Under the pieces are notes generated by a model. It saw only the letters and a list, made by a program, of their open reading frames with translations, was not told the DNA's origin and searched no databases. From the IMG/VR virus record IMGVR_UViG_3300011114_000269, positions 130 to 64,129 of that record: a DNA stretch of 64,000 nucleotides. One strand, written 5' to 3'. Positions 25,101-35,014 of the stretch are shown one piece after another; within the stretch, counting starts at the first letter, position 1, and each line of letters opens with the position of its first letter. The translations under genes and the position numbers were made by a program. Origin of the DNA: a virus. Taxonomy: Duplodnaviria > Caudoviricetes.

Positions 25101-28100
25101 AAGTCTGCAAAGGCATCAGCAACTGCCTCTTCAGTAATCTTCTCCATATCCCCTTTGTACTCACGCATGTAAGCGTCATACCGGGACTCTTCGTTAGCCT
25201 TCAGTGGTTTGCCGTCAATGTCCCGTTGCTTTAGGTATTGGTCAATCCATTTATCCTTTGCCATCTTGGACAAAGAGTTCCACTGTGCATCGGTAAAGAA
25301 ACCAAGTTCTCGCAAAGCATGTACAGATTCATGTCTTAGTGCACGGATTGGGTTGGCAGAGTCAGAAGCAATTTGGATAAGCTTTGCCGCATAAGAACCT
25401 TCTTCCCTCATCCCCTCAGAAAGTTTTAAGCCAACATCTTTTAGACCAAACTTGTTTAACAGGGTACGAAGTGACTGTTCAAAGGCGGTTATCTGGCCTT
25501 CTGATTTTCCACGAAGAGAGTAAAGGAAATCTGACTTAGGAGCAAACTCTACATCCTTAGCCAGCAGGAATTGGCCTACTTGGTAAACCTCAGAAGCAGA
25601 CTTAACCGGCTCTCTAGTCTTGCGGTCATAAAAATAACCATGCCGCGATGGATCAAATCCTATCTGCGACCATGCAGGATTACCCATCAGCTCTTTGACT
25701 TTGGCGTATGCAGTTTCAGCAGTAACGTTTTTCCATTTACCCTCTACTGTTTGCTGCGGAGCTTTGTTTTCTCCAATGGCTACACCCAAACCTTTTTCTT
25801 GGCTACGTGGCTCAAAGGTTACGCGACCATCTTTTCCGCCAACTAAATGGGCAACATTCTTAAAGCTGAGAAGCTTACCCAAAGTCTTTAGACCGGGCTT
25901 ACCCTCATGAATAGATACTACTGCGCCGCCACGTTCACGGGCAGGCAGATCCATGCGGAGGCCAACGATTGTTCCATCCTCAATAGGTACATTTACTTTG
26001 TCGCGCTTGCCGCTATCGACAGTTTCCAGCATCTTCTCATCAGATGTAGGAGGTAGTAGCTTCTCGGCTTCAATCTGCTCAATAGGTTTGTAGTAGTCAG
26101 AGTATTTCTCAAACTCTTCCCGCGTCATCTTGCCTTCTTGTAGCAACTTAGCCGCAGCCTGCATCTGTGGATGACGGCCTTTTTTTGGCGTGATTTTGGA
26201 TTCGTCTAGCTTTGGAGGAGCTTTCTTCTCTTCGGGAGTAGCTAACTTAACTTCTTCCTCTGCTGGTTTCAATGCTTCAGCTATTTCGCTTAAAGGTCTT
26301 TGCGGCTTCTCGCCAAACATATCTTCAACAACGTTTGCATCCTTGTAAGCCTCTTCTGCAAACCTACCAAGCAGATCGCCCATTCGATTACCAGAACGGC
26401 TGTGGTTAGCAAACATTTCCAATACCGCTTGGGTAATTGGATCTCTGGTCATATCTTCTTGATTGACCAAATCCTTTAAGGGTACACCTTTCCTTCGTGC
26501 ATTGACTGCCATCTCAGCAGCCTCAACAACGTTAGGACGGACATCGTATATGCCAGCGCCTTCTAGCTGCACCATTTTTGGAACAGCTTTCTGCATTGCG
26601 CTAAGAATTAATTTAGCTTCTGGATCGGTAGCCTCTGTATACAAATGACCAAGCCGGTCACTGCCATAAGCTTTCCAGAACATAGCATTACGCAAGCGAT
26701 CCATTGCTACCGTGTTTGGTTCGCCTCTGGAATCCACCATTGTTCCACGCTCATTCTCTGGCATGGCTTGAATGAATTGAGTAGCTGATTTTTTGTTAAG
26801 CTTTAACGAGCCATCTTCTGTTTCTTCAAACTCAACATTGCTTAGGTCAAGCCGGTTAGCATCGTTCTTGGCCTTTTCCAATGGGCTTAACTCCAAGCCA
26901 GTGGATACGTTTGATACATCACCAATGTTTTTGGTAATCTCTGTCTTAGGCATGATACGAATAAGAACAGGATTGGGCGTTGCCTTAATCACATTGGGAT
27001 CAATTCCATGCCGTGGGTCTACCGCCATTTTTGCAGCGTAGTCCGCCAATGCAGGACTAGACTTACCATATCCCTCTTGTAATCCTGCCACGCGACCATT
27101 GCCAGCAACGGGACGAATAGCCGGTACGCTTGGGTCTGCATATGTTGAATTGACTTGCCCATCAGACGTATGAGAAGGCAAAAGATTATTAGCACTAACA
27201 ACGGCATACTGAAAAGGAACTTTCCGACCATCTACAGCAGTAGCTACATCCGTCTTACCCAACTGGATTTCAGGAAGTTTGAAGTCACTAATAACTACAG
27301 GCGCACCAGATCCCAAATTAGGATCTATAGATAGCAGGTCATAGTCTGCTTCATTAGAAATCTTTTTCATCTGCGCAACAGAACGCTGCCCAGCACGATC
27401 ACGGTTTTGTAGGCGCTCAAAGGTATCGCTTAACTCAGGAGCCAAGCCAAGGTGATAGTCGCCTATCTCAGCTACTTGTTGTGTAGCAGGGGCTTGCGGT
27501 GGAGTAACAACTTCAGGCGCAGTAGGAGCTTCACCAGTTGGATTAACAGTACCAATTAACCGAGCAAACTTTGGCTTTGGAACACTTGCTCCAAGAGTAA
27601 CAATCTCCCCTTGGTGAAGCCAAACATTAATTGGTTGATTGTGTATATTGGCTAAATCAGTTAACCGTTTAATTTTATGAATAGCAAGGTCTTCACTTCC
27701 CTGCCCAGTTTTGCCTTTATAGGTAGCATACGCATCGTAGATTTTTTGCAACTCAGGGCTTAGTGCAGCGGGCTGTTCTCCATCTCGTGCTGTATCCGGT
27801 ACAGGAGTTCGCAAAGCTGATCCCACTCCCACTGTTTCAGGTGGGACAATTCCTTCGGGGGTTGGTGTGACTTCTCGTCCGTCAGCCACAGGAACGCTTG
27901 TTCCAACTGGGGGATTGATAACTGGTTTGACATCTTTTACCCTTTCTGGAGCGGGTGAAGGAGGAGCGGGTGGAGGGGCATTAACAATATCTAATGCTTC
28001 TTGTCCTGCTTTGGTAGAAGCACGTTTGGTTAAATCTTCTACTGGCTTTGCGGCTTTAGGCCCACCGGCAACAGTGGACACTGCTGCACCAGTTAACCCG

Positions 28101-29026
28101 CCGACCAAAGCATCACGGGCCGCAGCACCAAGAACACCCTGCATTGCTGGGGTTTCCATACCAGCACGGGTCATGGCTACATTCTGGGCGTACTGTCCTT
28201 GTCCTGCCTGCAAGCCTTCTGGAACAGCCTCTTTGACAAACTCGGTAGCAGTGCGACGAGTGAAACCGGGAACAGATTTTTCTACTGCTTTCTCTGCAAT
28301 TTTTTTAGCAGCAGGCTTGCTAAACATTTCCATTAATTTTGACTCAGCACCTGTACCGCCCGCCATTCCACCAAGTACACCAGAAGCAAAAATGTTGCCC
28401 CAGTTATCCCCAAGGTAATTTTGTGCAGCTTCTGCTTGTTTGGCGGCATCTTCAGGCTTAACACCTTTGGCCTCCAACCCAGCTTTCATGTTGCTGTAGA
28501 TATCGCCCTTAAGTTCGCCAGCACCTTGTATAGCTCCTATTAAGAACTTGGTACCAATCCCTACAGCCGCTGCAATTGCAAGTGGTGCGCCTAATGTAGC
28601 GCCTAACGCCGCAGCGCCAAGGCTAAGAGCCACCGTAGGCACTGATGAGGCCACGCCTTTGGCAATCGCGGTAGCCGGAGCTTCCGTAACCCCACCTAAC
28701 CCCGCAGACAATTCTTCTACTGTTGTACCCGTTTCCGCAGCTTTTTTTTCTAAAGCCGCACGGCGCTGCATTTCTGCTTGGCGCTCAGGGGATATGTACG
28801 ACCCAAGTTTTTTGGATACACCCTCCAAATATTCAGCAGGCCCACTACCCGCACCAAAACCTTCAATAATGGACTTTACTCCGCCAACTAAACTCTGCCC
28901 ACCTTCTAATGCAAGGTTAGTAGGTGAGAACCCAGCGTCTTTAACTGGTTTAAATAACTCCGAACTCAAGTCCCTGCCGGTATCCGGCGTGCCAAATAAA
29001 TCAGCACTCAAGTCACGACCAGTCAT
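22151..29026 (-). CDS. Giant polyvalent internal virion protein (DdrB-like ParB domain, zincin motif, LPD38-like C-terminus)
   Basis: LQNRDR..APVV..GNGRV; RHESVH; NYDFFQGRPLI..SPIAVDHLMRGMFG; last gene of the virion module. Confidence 0.75.
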   Translation of the reverse strand: MTGRDLSADLFGTPDTGRDLSSELFKPVKDAGFSPTNLALEGGQSLVGGVKSIIEGFGAGSGPAEYLEGVSKKLGSYISPERQAEMQRRAALEKKAAETGTTVEELSAGLGGVTEAPATAIAKGVASSVPTVALSLGAAALGATLGAPLAIAAAVGIGTKFLIGAIQGAGELKGDIYSNMKAGLEAKGVKPEDAAKQAEAAQNYLGDNWGNIFASGVLGGMAGGTGAESKLMEMFSKPAAKKIAEKAVEKSVPGFTRRTATEFVKEAVPEGLQAGQGQYAQNVAMTRAGMETPAMQGVLGAAARDALVGGLTGAAVSTVAGGPKAAKPVEDLTKRASTKAGQEALDIVNAPPPAPPSPAPERVKDVKPVINPPVGTSVPVADGREVTPTPEGIVPPETVGVGSALRTPVPDTARDGEQPAALSPELQKIYDAYATYKGKTGQGSEDLAIHKIKRLTDLANIHNQPINVWLHQGEIVTLGASVPKPKFARLIGTVNPTGEAPTAPEVVTPPQAPATQQVAEIGDYHLGLAPELSDTFERLQNRDRAGQRSVAQMKKISNEADYDLLSIDPNLGSGAPVVISDFKLPEIQLGKTDVATAVDGRKVPFQYAVVSANNLLPSHTSDGQVNSTYADPSVPAIRPVAGNGRVAGLQEGYGKSSPALADYAAKMAVDPRHGIDPNVIKATPNPVLIRIMPKTEITKNIGDVSNVSTGLELSPLEKAKNDANRLDLSNVEFEETEDGSLKLNKKSATQFIQAMPENERGTMVDSRGEPNTVAMDRLRNAMFWKAYGSDRLGHLYTEATDPEAKLILSAMQKAVPKMVQLEGAGIYDVRPNVVEAAEMAVNARRKGVPLKDLVNQEDMTRDPITQAVLEMFANHSRSGNRMGDLLGRFAEEAYKDANVVEDMFGEKPQRPLSEIAEALKPAEEEVKLATPEEKKAPPKLDESKITPKKGRHPQMQAAAKLLQEGKMTREEFEKYSDYYKPIEQIEAEKLLPPTSDEKMLETVDSGKRDKVNVPIEDGTIVGLRMDLPARERGGAVVSIHEGKPGLKTLGKLLSFKNVAHLVGGKDGRVTFEPRSQEKGLGVAIGENKAPQQTVEGKWKNVTAETAYAKVKELMGNPAWSQIGFDPSRHGYFYDRKTREPVKSASEVYQVGQFLLAKDVEFAPKSDFLYSLRGKSEGQITAFEQSLRTLLNKFGLKDVGLKLSEGMREEGSYAAKLIQIASDSANPIRALRHESVHALRELGFFTDAQWNSLSKMAKDKWIDQYLKQRDIDGKPLKANEESRYDAYMREYKGDMEKITEEAVADAFADFDANKPPAGMIQAILQKLRNLFQSIKSALTKMESAEQIFRKAEKGALKPTSGRVETESKSLRSQAGEEKAGTEKGQEALNITGGLGRVSAQPDPTYKEQIRAGWNNITDNPKATAAAAKAGVVKWSDKLQTWSFSSDAAINNSIRRGVEEFVTDNQQAIGTMLNISQSQVVHADALANLFLTSGNLKYNKDLYKYEAVEDKSNIVELAKQLGEIKEKYGLTQAQTELIGHTAFEAKRLKSLLQFNNQVDQEVAEMRAEADKLAMDGKEVAAHALREKATRRSKETKFIHMTGAEISAGNKLFKVIPELNGVVETWNQMRDNAANMLVDSGLWSKEEAEFLLSNADYVPFFREEQLEKGKGPKEYIRGLMVQAQEKKLKGSSKPVNDIFDNMNRWMQYSVNRAVRNRSALALIDTASEFGQAKRIESKSDGDNAIRVWRNGKEEFYDMADPMFVEAFTGLESISIPAWKWASTVANILRQSVVLNPLFTVAQIPQDAFAAMFTSGLKAPYALQIPARAVKEFIKTLAHRSATNNELKKYGVVGVRDFTSQMARLDAQVYAGMKSSPGILGKLKSVLEHVAMAGDNAVRQATYEAATAQGLSKAEALEKSFEIWNIRRKGTSQSLAIASQVIPFFGAYLAAQNVALKTISGVGTSPTERKAALGALVGTTASVMTLSLLYAMMNGDDEDYLKKPAAIRDRMLMVPGTNGFGIPLRSDLFSIPKIITEHMYLMITDKGYEDGRKFRDSMKNALGNSFFSPTVVPQAIKPGLEVLVNYDFFQGRPLIGEYQKRLEKERQFNESTSELAKILGNTGLVSPIAVDHLMRGMFGSAGGLIIYMTNPLLHSDPNVDKPTMSTKDMLATLPGASSFVSKDKESALKADFYVLRDEVAKVTNTLSDLKQRNPEKIAEYIANPDVMAKLTVSKGVQGIDKKLGEIRKAMTRISNLPTSVMDSDEKQQQIKQLREAETTMLKAINVKNLREMAKI

Positions 29027-29034
29027 ATTAATTC

Positions 29035-30534
29035 CTATTTAATTGCATAGCCCTTGGCTTTTGCGGCGGCTATTACTTCATCAACTGATTTTCCACTAGA
29101 TCTAGCTGTTGCTTGAATGTCCGCTTGCGTTATTGTTTTCTGTGTTGGTGCAGGAGTAGCGTCAGGCTTTGCTAATGCATTTTTTATCATATTAGCAGCC
29201 ATTTGACTAGCCATAGCATCTTGATCCTCTGGAGATTTGCCCGCTAACATTACATTACCAGAAATTAATTTCTGTGCTTTTTCGTAAGCATCCAGTCGCA
29301 ATTTAAATAAATTAGCTTCTCGCGCCGCTTCAGTTGTACCAGCCCTATTAAGATTTGCAATCTGCAACTGCAACAAACGGTCTTTTGCAAGTTCTCGTTT
29401 AGTGGCTTCTGCCGCAGCAGCCGCATCAATTTTACGTTGAGTTTCTGCAATCCTTCCGCGCCTTGTTTCTTCTATGCGGTCAGCAGCCATTTGTTTTCTG
29501 CCTTGCATTGACTCCAAAACGTTAGCCATAGAAGTGCCTGCTGTAAGAGCATCTTTCATTTCTCCACGCACTTGATTCTTACGCGCAACGTAAGCGTTGT
29601 ATTTGCTTACATCGTTGTTTTCAATAGCCTTATCAATCTCATCATCTATTGCACTCAAAGCATTTAACTGGACAATTTCTTGCTTGGTATAACCTTCACG
29701 CGCAGCTTGTCCTGCCTGACTAACGCCTTGCATAGCTCCGCCAAACCCACCCGGCGCATTAATATTTTGGGCCATACGATCTAAGGCCACACGTAAATCA
29801 CTTGGACGTTCAGCTTTTTGGCGCTCATACAAAGCTTTCAATCCCGCTTGTTGTTCGCGCTTATGGGCAATAGCTGCTTCTCTATTAGGACTCAACATCT
29901 CTTGTTGAATATTTATCTCTTCCCGCCCAAGTGCCTCAGGGTTTTGATTTATTCCTCTTAAAGCTGCCGCCTGCATAGCTTCATTAAATTTAACGTTTTC
30001 ATTGGGTGCTTGTGTATCTTGGGTTGCAGCATCTTGCCGATAACGCCCGTGTGCATCACCGCCAGAAGGTGATATTGCATATTCATCTACCGACTGGTCA
30101 TCTGTTTGGTCGTCTGTTTGGTCTGCTATTTGTTTATCTTGACGATAACGTCCATGTGCATCACCACCGCTACCGCCTTGTGCAAACGCAATAATTCCTC
30201 CACCTCGATATTGCGTAGGTAGATTTGTGGGAGCGCCCATTAATCCTTGAGGTTGTTGCGGCATAGGGCCAGCAGGAGGGCTGGATTGTGCAAGCCCTGC
30301 CAACCCCATTTTCTGAGCTACTTCTTGGCGTGCCGACTGCATGGCCCGTTGCTGCAAACCTTGAGCTACCGTAGGTTGGGGTTGCCCACTAGCCATAGCA
30401 AGCTGTTGTGCAGCGGCTTTCTTATCAGCCTCAACCTTTTGCATTGCCAACAAATCAAGCAATTGCGGTGTGATTGCCGCTTGTTGCGCTGGCAACTTAT
30501 TGCTATATGCAAGGGCTTCTCGTTCGTTGTACAT
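29035..30534 (-). CDS. Internal virion / ejection protein (helical, Gln/Ala-rich)
   Basis: Position; GGGIIAFAQGG motif; duplicated GGDAHGRYRQD. Confidence 0.6.
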   Translation of the reverse strand: MYNEREALAYSNKLPAQQAAITPQLLDLLAMQKVEADKKAAAQQLAMASGQPQPTVAQGLQQRAMQSARQEVAQKMGLAGLAQSSPPAGPMPQQPQGLMGAPTNLPTQYRGGGIIAFAQGGSGGDAHGRYRQDKQIADQTDDQTDDQSVDEYAISPSGGDAHGRYRQDAATQDTQAPNENVKFNEAMQAAALRGINQNPEALGREEINIQQEMLSPNREAAIAHKREQQAGLKALYERQKAERPSDLRVALDRMAQNINAPGGFGGAMQGVSQAGQAAREGYTKQEIVQLNALSAIDDEIDKAIENNDVSKYNAYVARKNQVRGEMKDALTAGTSMANVLESMQGRKQMAADRIEETRRGRIAETQRKIDAAAAAEATKRELAKDRLLQLQIANLNRAGTTEAAREANLFKLRLDAYEKAQKLISGNVMLAGKSPEDQDAMASQMAANMIKNALAKPDATPAPTQKTITQADIQATARSSGKSVDEVIAAAKAKGYAIK

Positions 30535-30543
30535 ACGATTTCC

Positions 30544-32295
30544 TTAACCAAATATGCTTTTGAAAATATCAGCAGTGCCTGTTGCTCCAGCCGCAGCCGC
30601 CGCTATGGGGTTCGTAGTCGTGTTGTATGACTGCGCTTGTACGGGCATACCTTGCAGCATTGACTGCTGGAATTGAAGCTGCTTGTATGGGTCAGCTTTT
30701 TGCTGCTCAAACTGTGCCTGCGCAGCAGTAAGCCCTGCTTGTTCGGTCTGCTGTTGAGTGTTGCCTAAGCCCGCCAAAGTATTAATGCCTGCCAAGTTTC
30801 TATTCTGTTCAGTGTTGTACTGATTCTGAGCCGCTTGGTATGCAGACTGCAAGCCTTGTGCTTGAATGTCATTCATCTGGGTTCCCAGATTACGTTCACG
30901 TTCTGCACGTTGGATGGCATCCCTGCTACCGCCAAATGCCCCGGCAGAAGCAGCTTGCGCCTGTTGCTGAGTACCTTGGATTCCTGATTGACGCGCAGCT
31001 TCACGCTTTTGTATGTCTACCACATTCTGCATGTAGGGAGACATATATGTATCAGCGGTTCCAGCAGTAGTAAAAGACTGACCCGGAAGTTTTGCCGCTT
31101 CTGTATACGCTTGATTTTGAAGCGTCGAAGGCCCAGCGGTAAGCTCACCTTGGTAGAACTGTGGTTTTTCCAATGCAGCACCGGTAAGTGCTTGGGTTTT
31201 ACCAAGCAAGTCCGTTACATACGGGCCAGCCCAGTTAGATAAATTAGATTCAGTTCCCGTAACCCCAGCAGTAACAGCGGGTTTAACCGTAGATCCGGTT
31301 GTGCCATCAAAACTAGCTACACCGCCAGCAGCATAATGGGCAAGACCACCCGGCATAAATTTACTCGGATTGATTTCTTTGCCCTGCTTTTCGCTACCTG
31401 TGCGCGCCATACGGATTCTTTCCATCATCTTGTAGAGTTGTTTGGCTCCCGCATCAGAGTTGCCATTGCCAAGATGGGACACAACATCAGCAGGAATAAC
31501 AAACTCCCCGTGAGCCAAACGAGCAGGTTGAACACCGTCAATGGTTCCCGGAATCTTGTCTGCCATACCATCGGTATCTCCTTTTAGGTACGTACCCTGT
31601 GGATGTGTTGGTTTTCCGCCATGAGCTAACCCCATAATGCCTCCGTATGCAGCTTTAACTGTGGTATTAACGGGTAACCTTGCCGCTTGTTTGGTTGCAT
31701 CCTGTTGAGCGTTGGCAGTATTGAGCGCGTTTAACCCAGCTATCTGCGTATTAACAGCAGTCTGCGCCGCAGGCAGTTCAGCCGGTGTTGCCTTGTTTGC
31801 AAATTTAATGCCTGTGAAATACTGGTGTCCAGCACCGGGACGCTCACCAGCGGCAGGCTCAGCCGCACGACCTTGCACCGCAGTGTACGCAGGAATACCA
31901 CCTTGGTAACCTGTTGGCGGAGGCGGAGTCTTAGCATCCTGATACGCTTGGTATGCTCCAACAATCCCCGCACCAGTGCTTAACAAAGAACCCCAATCTA
32001 TTTCTCCACTAGTTCCCGGCTTTGTGTATTTAGTTAAAAAACCTTTTTGAATAGATGCTGGAAAAGTTTTAATTATGTCTAAAAGGTTTTGCGATTTAGC
32101 GTCAGGCGCAGTACCCCAGATATTGGAAGCACCTTCATTGCTGTAATCTGGATTGTTGGTGCTTGGAGGGTTGTTGTTGCCCTCATTGCTGTAATCTGTG
32201 TTATCTACAGGATCATCCTCCCAAACATCATAGGAGTCTTCAAATGGCTCACCATTATCATCATAATTTGTATACGTGACTGTTTTGTAGGGCAT
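30544..32295 (-). CDS. Internal virion / ejection protein
   Basis: GDTDGMADKIP..ARLAHGEFVIPADVVS; YMSPYMQNVVD; GAFGGSR. Confidence 0.7.
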   Translation of the reverse strand: MPYKTVTYTNYDDNGEPFEDSYDVWEDDPVDNTDYSNEGNNNPPSTNNPDYSNEGASNIWGTAPDAKSQNLLDIIKTFPASIQKGFLTKYTKPGTSGEIDWGSLLSTGAGIVGAYQAYQDAKTPPPPTGYQGGIPAYTAVQGRAAEPAAGERPGAGHQYFTGIKFANKATPAELPAAQTAVNTQIAGLNALNTANAQQDATKQAARLPVNTTVKAAYGGIMGLAHGGKPTHPQGTYLKGDTDGMADKIPGTIDGVQPARLAHGEFVIPADVVSHLGNGNSDAGAKQLYKMMERIRMARTGSEKQGKEINPSKFMPGGLAHYAAGGVASFDGTTGSTVKPAVTAGVTGTESNLSNWAGPYVTDLLGKTQALTGAALEKPQFYQGELTAGPSTLQNQAYTEAAKLPGQSFTTAGTADTYMSPYMQNVVDIQKREAARQSGIQGTQQQAQAASAGAFGGSRDAIQRAERERNLGTQMNDIQAQGLQSAYQAAQNQYNTEQNRNLAGINTLAGLGNTQQQTEQAGLTAAQAQFEQQKADPYKQLQFQQSMLQGMPVQAQSYNTTTNPIAAAAAGATGTADIFKSIFG

Positions 32296-32296
32296 A

Positions 32297-34930
32297 CTAG
32301 CTCCTTAAATGACGCAGCAAGTCATCAAGAGACATCGGCTGCGAAGACTGGTTTAATAACGATTCTAATGGATCGCGTGGGGTTTTGGGCGGCAAAATAT
32401 CTGCTCCCATCATATCTAAATAGTACTTAATGTCAGACAAAGTTGTTGGCTGGCCTTGGGTTGTGGTCTGGTAGTACTGCTGTGCCGGGGTGACTGGCGT
32501 TTTGGGCGTTGGTGTAACTGGAGTGGTTGTAACTGGGGTGGGCTTAGGGGGCTTTACAACTATTGGTATTTTTGGTTCAGTTTTATCTTTGGGCGTATCC
32601 GCTATTACTTCCGTAACCGTATTGTTGGGCAAAGGTTTAACTTCTTCCAAAGGAATTAAGTCGTCAGTTTTTTGGGTGTCGTATGGGTTACGCTCTACGT
32701 CTAAATCATCAATAGAAGGCTTGCCAATTATTGTTACTGGATCAAGGTAGCCTCCATCAGTTACCAAACCAGCATCAGTTAGTATTTGATCTATTGTATC
32801 TATTGTATCTGTAGTATCTGTGGTATCAGTAGTATCTATAGTATCTATAGTATCAGTAGTATCTATAGTATCTATAGTATCTATAGTATCTGTAGTATCT
32901 GTGGTATCAGTAGTATCAGTTACCAAACCAGCATCAGTTAGTATTTGATCTATTGTATCTGTAGTATCTGTGGTATCTGTAGTATTTGTAGTATCTGTGG
33001 TATCTGTAGTATCTGTGGTATCAGTAGTATCAGTTACCAAACCAGCATCAGTTAGTATTTGATCTATTGTATCTATTGTATCTGTAGTATCTGTGGTATC
33101 AGTAGTATCTATAGTATCTATAGTATCTGTAGTATCTTTATTATCAGTTACTAAACCAGCATCATTTAATACTTGGTCTATTGTATCTTTAGTATCTGTA
33201 ATAGCCCCACCAACGTTAGGATTAACAGGCAAACTGGAATCTGTAATTGTATTTTGCCCAGTTTCGCCGGTTAGGGATACCCCACCAGCAAGAGTGTTAC
33301 GACCTTCGTTTGAATAATTTTCGTTAAGTCCGTCTTCGGATGCTGCATTTACCACCCACGAGTTTGACGCTGCATCATAAGATGCCAAGCCATTATCCCG
33401 GTCTTCTTGTGTAGCTAACTCAGTACCCGTTGGTAACTTTGATGTATCAAAATCAGCTCCTACACTTTCTTTTTGATTTCCAGCAGTAACGTTAACCCTG
33501 TAAGGCTCTAATTCGCTTGGAATCTCTTCTTCAGATATGTCTGGGTTTAATGCAGCAATCTGGCTTGAATCAAAATTTGCAAGAGTCTGCAACTTATCTT
33601 GGCTAAGCGGTTCTTTACCAGTGCCTAATATACCGTCAAGTGTTTTGGAAAACCCGCTGGTTACTGCGGTGCTGCCCGCAGTGCCTTTGTTTATATCTGC
33701 ATCTTTTAGTACTGTAGATACCAAAGCTCCGGGTAAACCCGTAGCCTTAGAAATAGATGACGATAGTTTGCCAGTAACAAATGCTTGTGCCGCACCACCT
33801 AAATCACCATTAATAGCCTTAGTAAAAACCGAAGAAGAAATTCCTAACTTACTAGCAAGCGCTGCCGACCCAATTTGGGTAAGCGCCTCTCCAACAGTTT
33901 GGTTTCCAGAAACTACATTCCCAACAATTTTTGCAACGTTAAATGCTGGCCCAATTGGGCTTGCTGAAATCAACATATTAGCGGCGCTGTCAACTAAACT
34001 ACCAAATTTTGCCAGCCGCGCATCGTTCTGTTCGGGTGTTCTTGTTTCGTTATATTGATCGTAAGTAATTCCCGGATTAATACCAAGCAAACCTAAAGTG
34101 CTTTCCGGTGAAGGTTGTATTGCTTTAATAAAGTCTTTAATTGATTCAGGATAGTTGGTGTTTGCTAAAATAGAATTTACTTGGTCAGCATTAAGGCCAG
34201 CAGCTTTCTTTGGTGGGGTAAGTGCTGCTATTTGATTAGCAGGAATGTCTGCAACTAAACCAACATCAGTAAGGGTTTGCTCAACTGGTTTTTCAACTGG
34301 AGCTTCAGTAGTAAGAGCAACAGGCTCAGAAGCAACTAAACCAGCGTCAACAAGAGTTTGGTCAATTGAGGATTCCGTAGAAACTTTAGGCGCAACAACA
34401 GCGGTTGCGGGTAAAGCGCCGACAATTTTAGGAGATGTATCAGCGGCTTTGGCATCTGTAAGGGCTTTATCTATACTGGCTTGTAGCGAATCCGCCCAAT
34501 TAGTAGGAAGCGACCAGCTACCCCATTTGGCAACCTTACCAAAATCAATTTTGCCCCAGTCAATGCCAGCAAGTGCTTTTGATAAATCAGCAGTGGCCTT
34601 AGCGGCAGCAGCGGCTTGCGCGTCAGCAACAGCTTTATCTGCTGCGGCTTTGTCAGCAGCTATTTGCGCTAATGTTGCTAGATTTACAGGATCAATGTAG
34701 TCCGCATATCCGGCTCCCCCGCCACCCCCGCCGCCACCTACACCCGCTTGCGCTGCGCCAACGCCAGTGCCAGATAGGCCACTACCTGTCCCTGCAAAAC
34801 CCATACCCGCACGCGCCTCTCCCCCAGAGCCTGCATAACCGCCGCCGCCATCCCCGCCGCTATCACCATGGTCGCCTTCTTCTCGGTACTTATGCCCAAG
34901 CGCAATGCGTTTTAACTCAAGAATGTTCAC
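32297..34930 (-). CDS. Acidic low-complexity internal protein with Asp-Thr repeats
   Basis: GTG start with AAGGA RBS; Gly-rich N-terminus; DTT/DTI repeats. Confidence 0.65.
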   Translation of the reverse strand: MNILELKRIALGHKYREEGDHGDSGGDGGGGYAGSGGEARAGMGFAGTGSGLSGTGVGAAQAGVGGGGGGGGAGYADYIDPVNLATLAQIAADKAAADKAVADAQAAAAAKATADLSKALAGIDWGKIDFGKVAKWGSWSLPTNWADSLQASIDKALTDAKAADTSPKIVGALPATAVVAPKVSTESSIDQTLVDAGLVASEPVALTTEAPVEKPVEQTLTDVGLVADIPANQIAALTPPKKAAGLNADQVNSILANTNYPESIKDFIKAIQPSPESTLGLLGINPGITYDQYNETRTPEQNDARLAKFGSLVDSAANMLISASPIGPAFNVAKIVGNVVSGNQTVGEALTQIGSAALASKLGISSSVFTKAINGDLGGAAQAFVTGKLSSSISKATGLPGALVSTVLKDADINKGTAGSTAVTSGFSKTLDGILGTGKEPLSQDKLQTLANFDSSQIAALNPDISEEEIPSELEPYRVNVTAGNQKESVGADFDTSKLPTGTELATQEDRDNGLASYDAASNSWVVNAASEDGLNENYSNEGRNTLAGGVSLTGETGQNTITDSSLPVNPNVGGAITDTKDTIDQVLNDAGLVTDNKDTTDTIDTIDTTDTTDTTDTIDTIDQILTDAGLVTDTTDTTDTTDTTDTTNTTDTTDTTDTIDQILTDAGLVTDTTDTTDTTDTIDTIDTIDTTDTIDTIDTTDTTDTTDTIDTIDQILTDAGLVTDGGYLDPVTIIGKPSIDDLDVERNPYDTQKTDDLIPLEEVKPLPNNTVTEVIADTPKDKTEPKIPIVVKPPKPTPVTTTPVTPTPKTPVTPAQQYYQTTTQGQPTTLSDIKYYLDMMGADILPPKTPRDPLESLLNQSSQPMSLDDLLRHLRS
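32756..33200. repeat. In-frame 9-nt tandem repeats with larger repeated blocks
   Basis: GTAGTATCT/ATAGTATCT units; block encoding IDQILTDAGLVTD in three exact copies and one diverged copy. Confidence 0.9.
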
Positions 34931-35014
34931 GGTTATTCCTTATGGTAGCGCCGAAACAAACGACATTGTGGCTACAACCGAACTGGGTAAAACCACTACT
35001 ATATTCAAACATAA

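Noticed and set aside
27867-29042. Long + strand ORFs opposite virion genes (also at 33-34 kb, 37-38 kb and 41-46 kb)
   Set aside because: Antisense shadows of biased codon usage; no RBS or motifs, unlike the nested HNH
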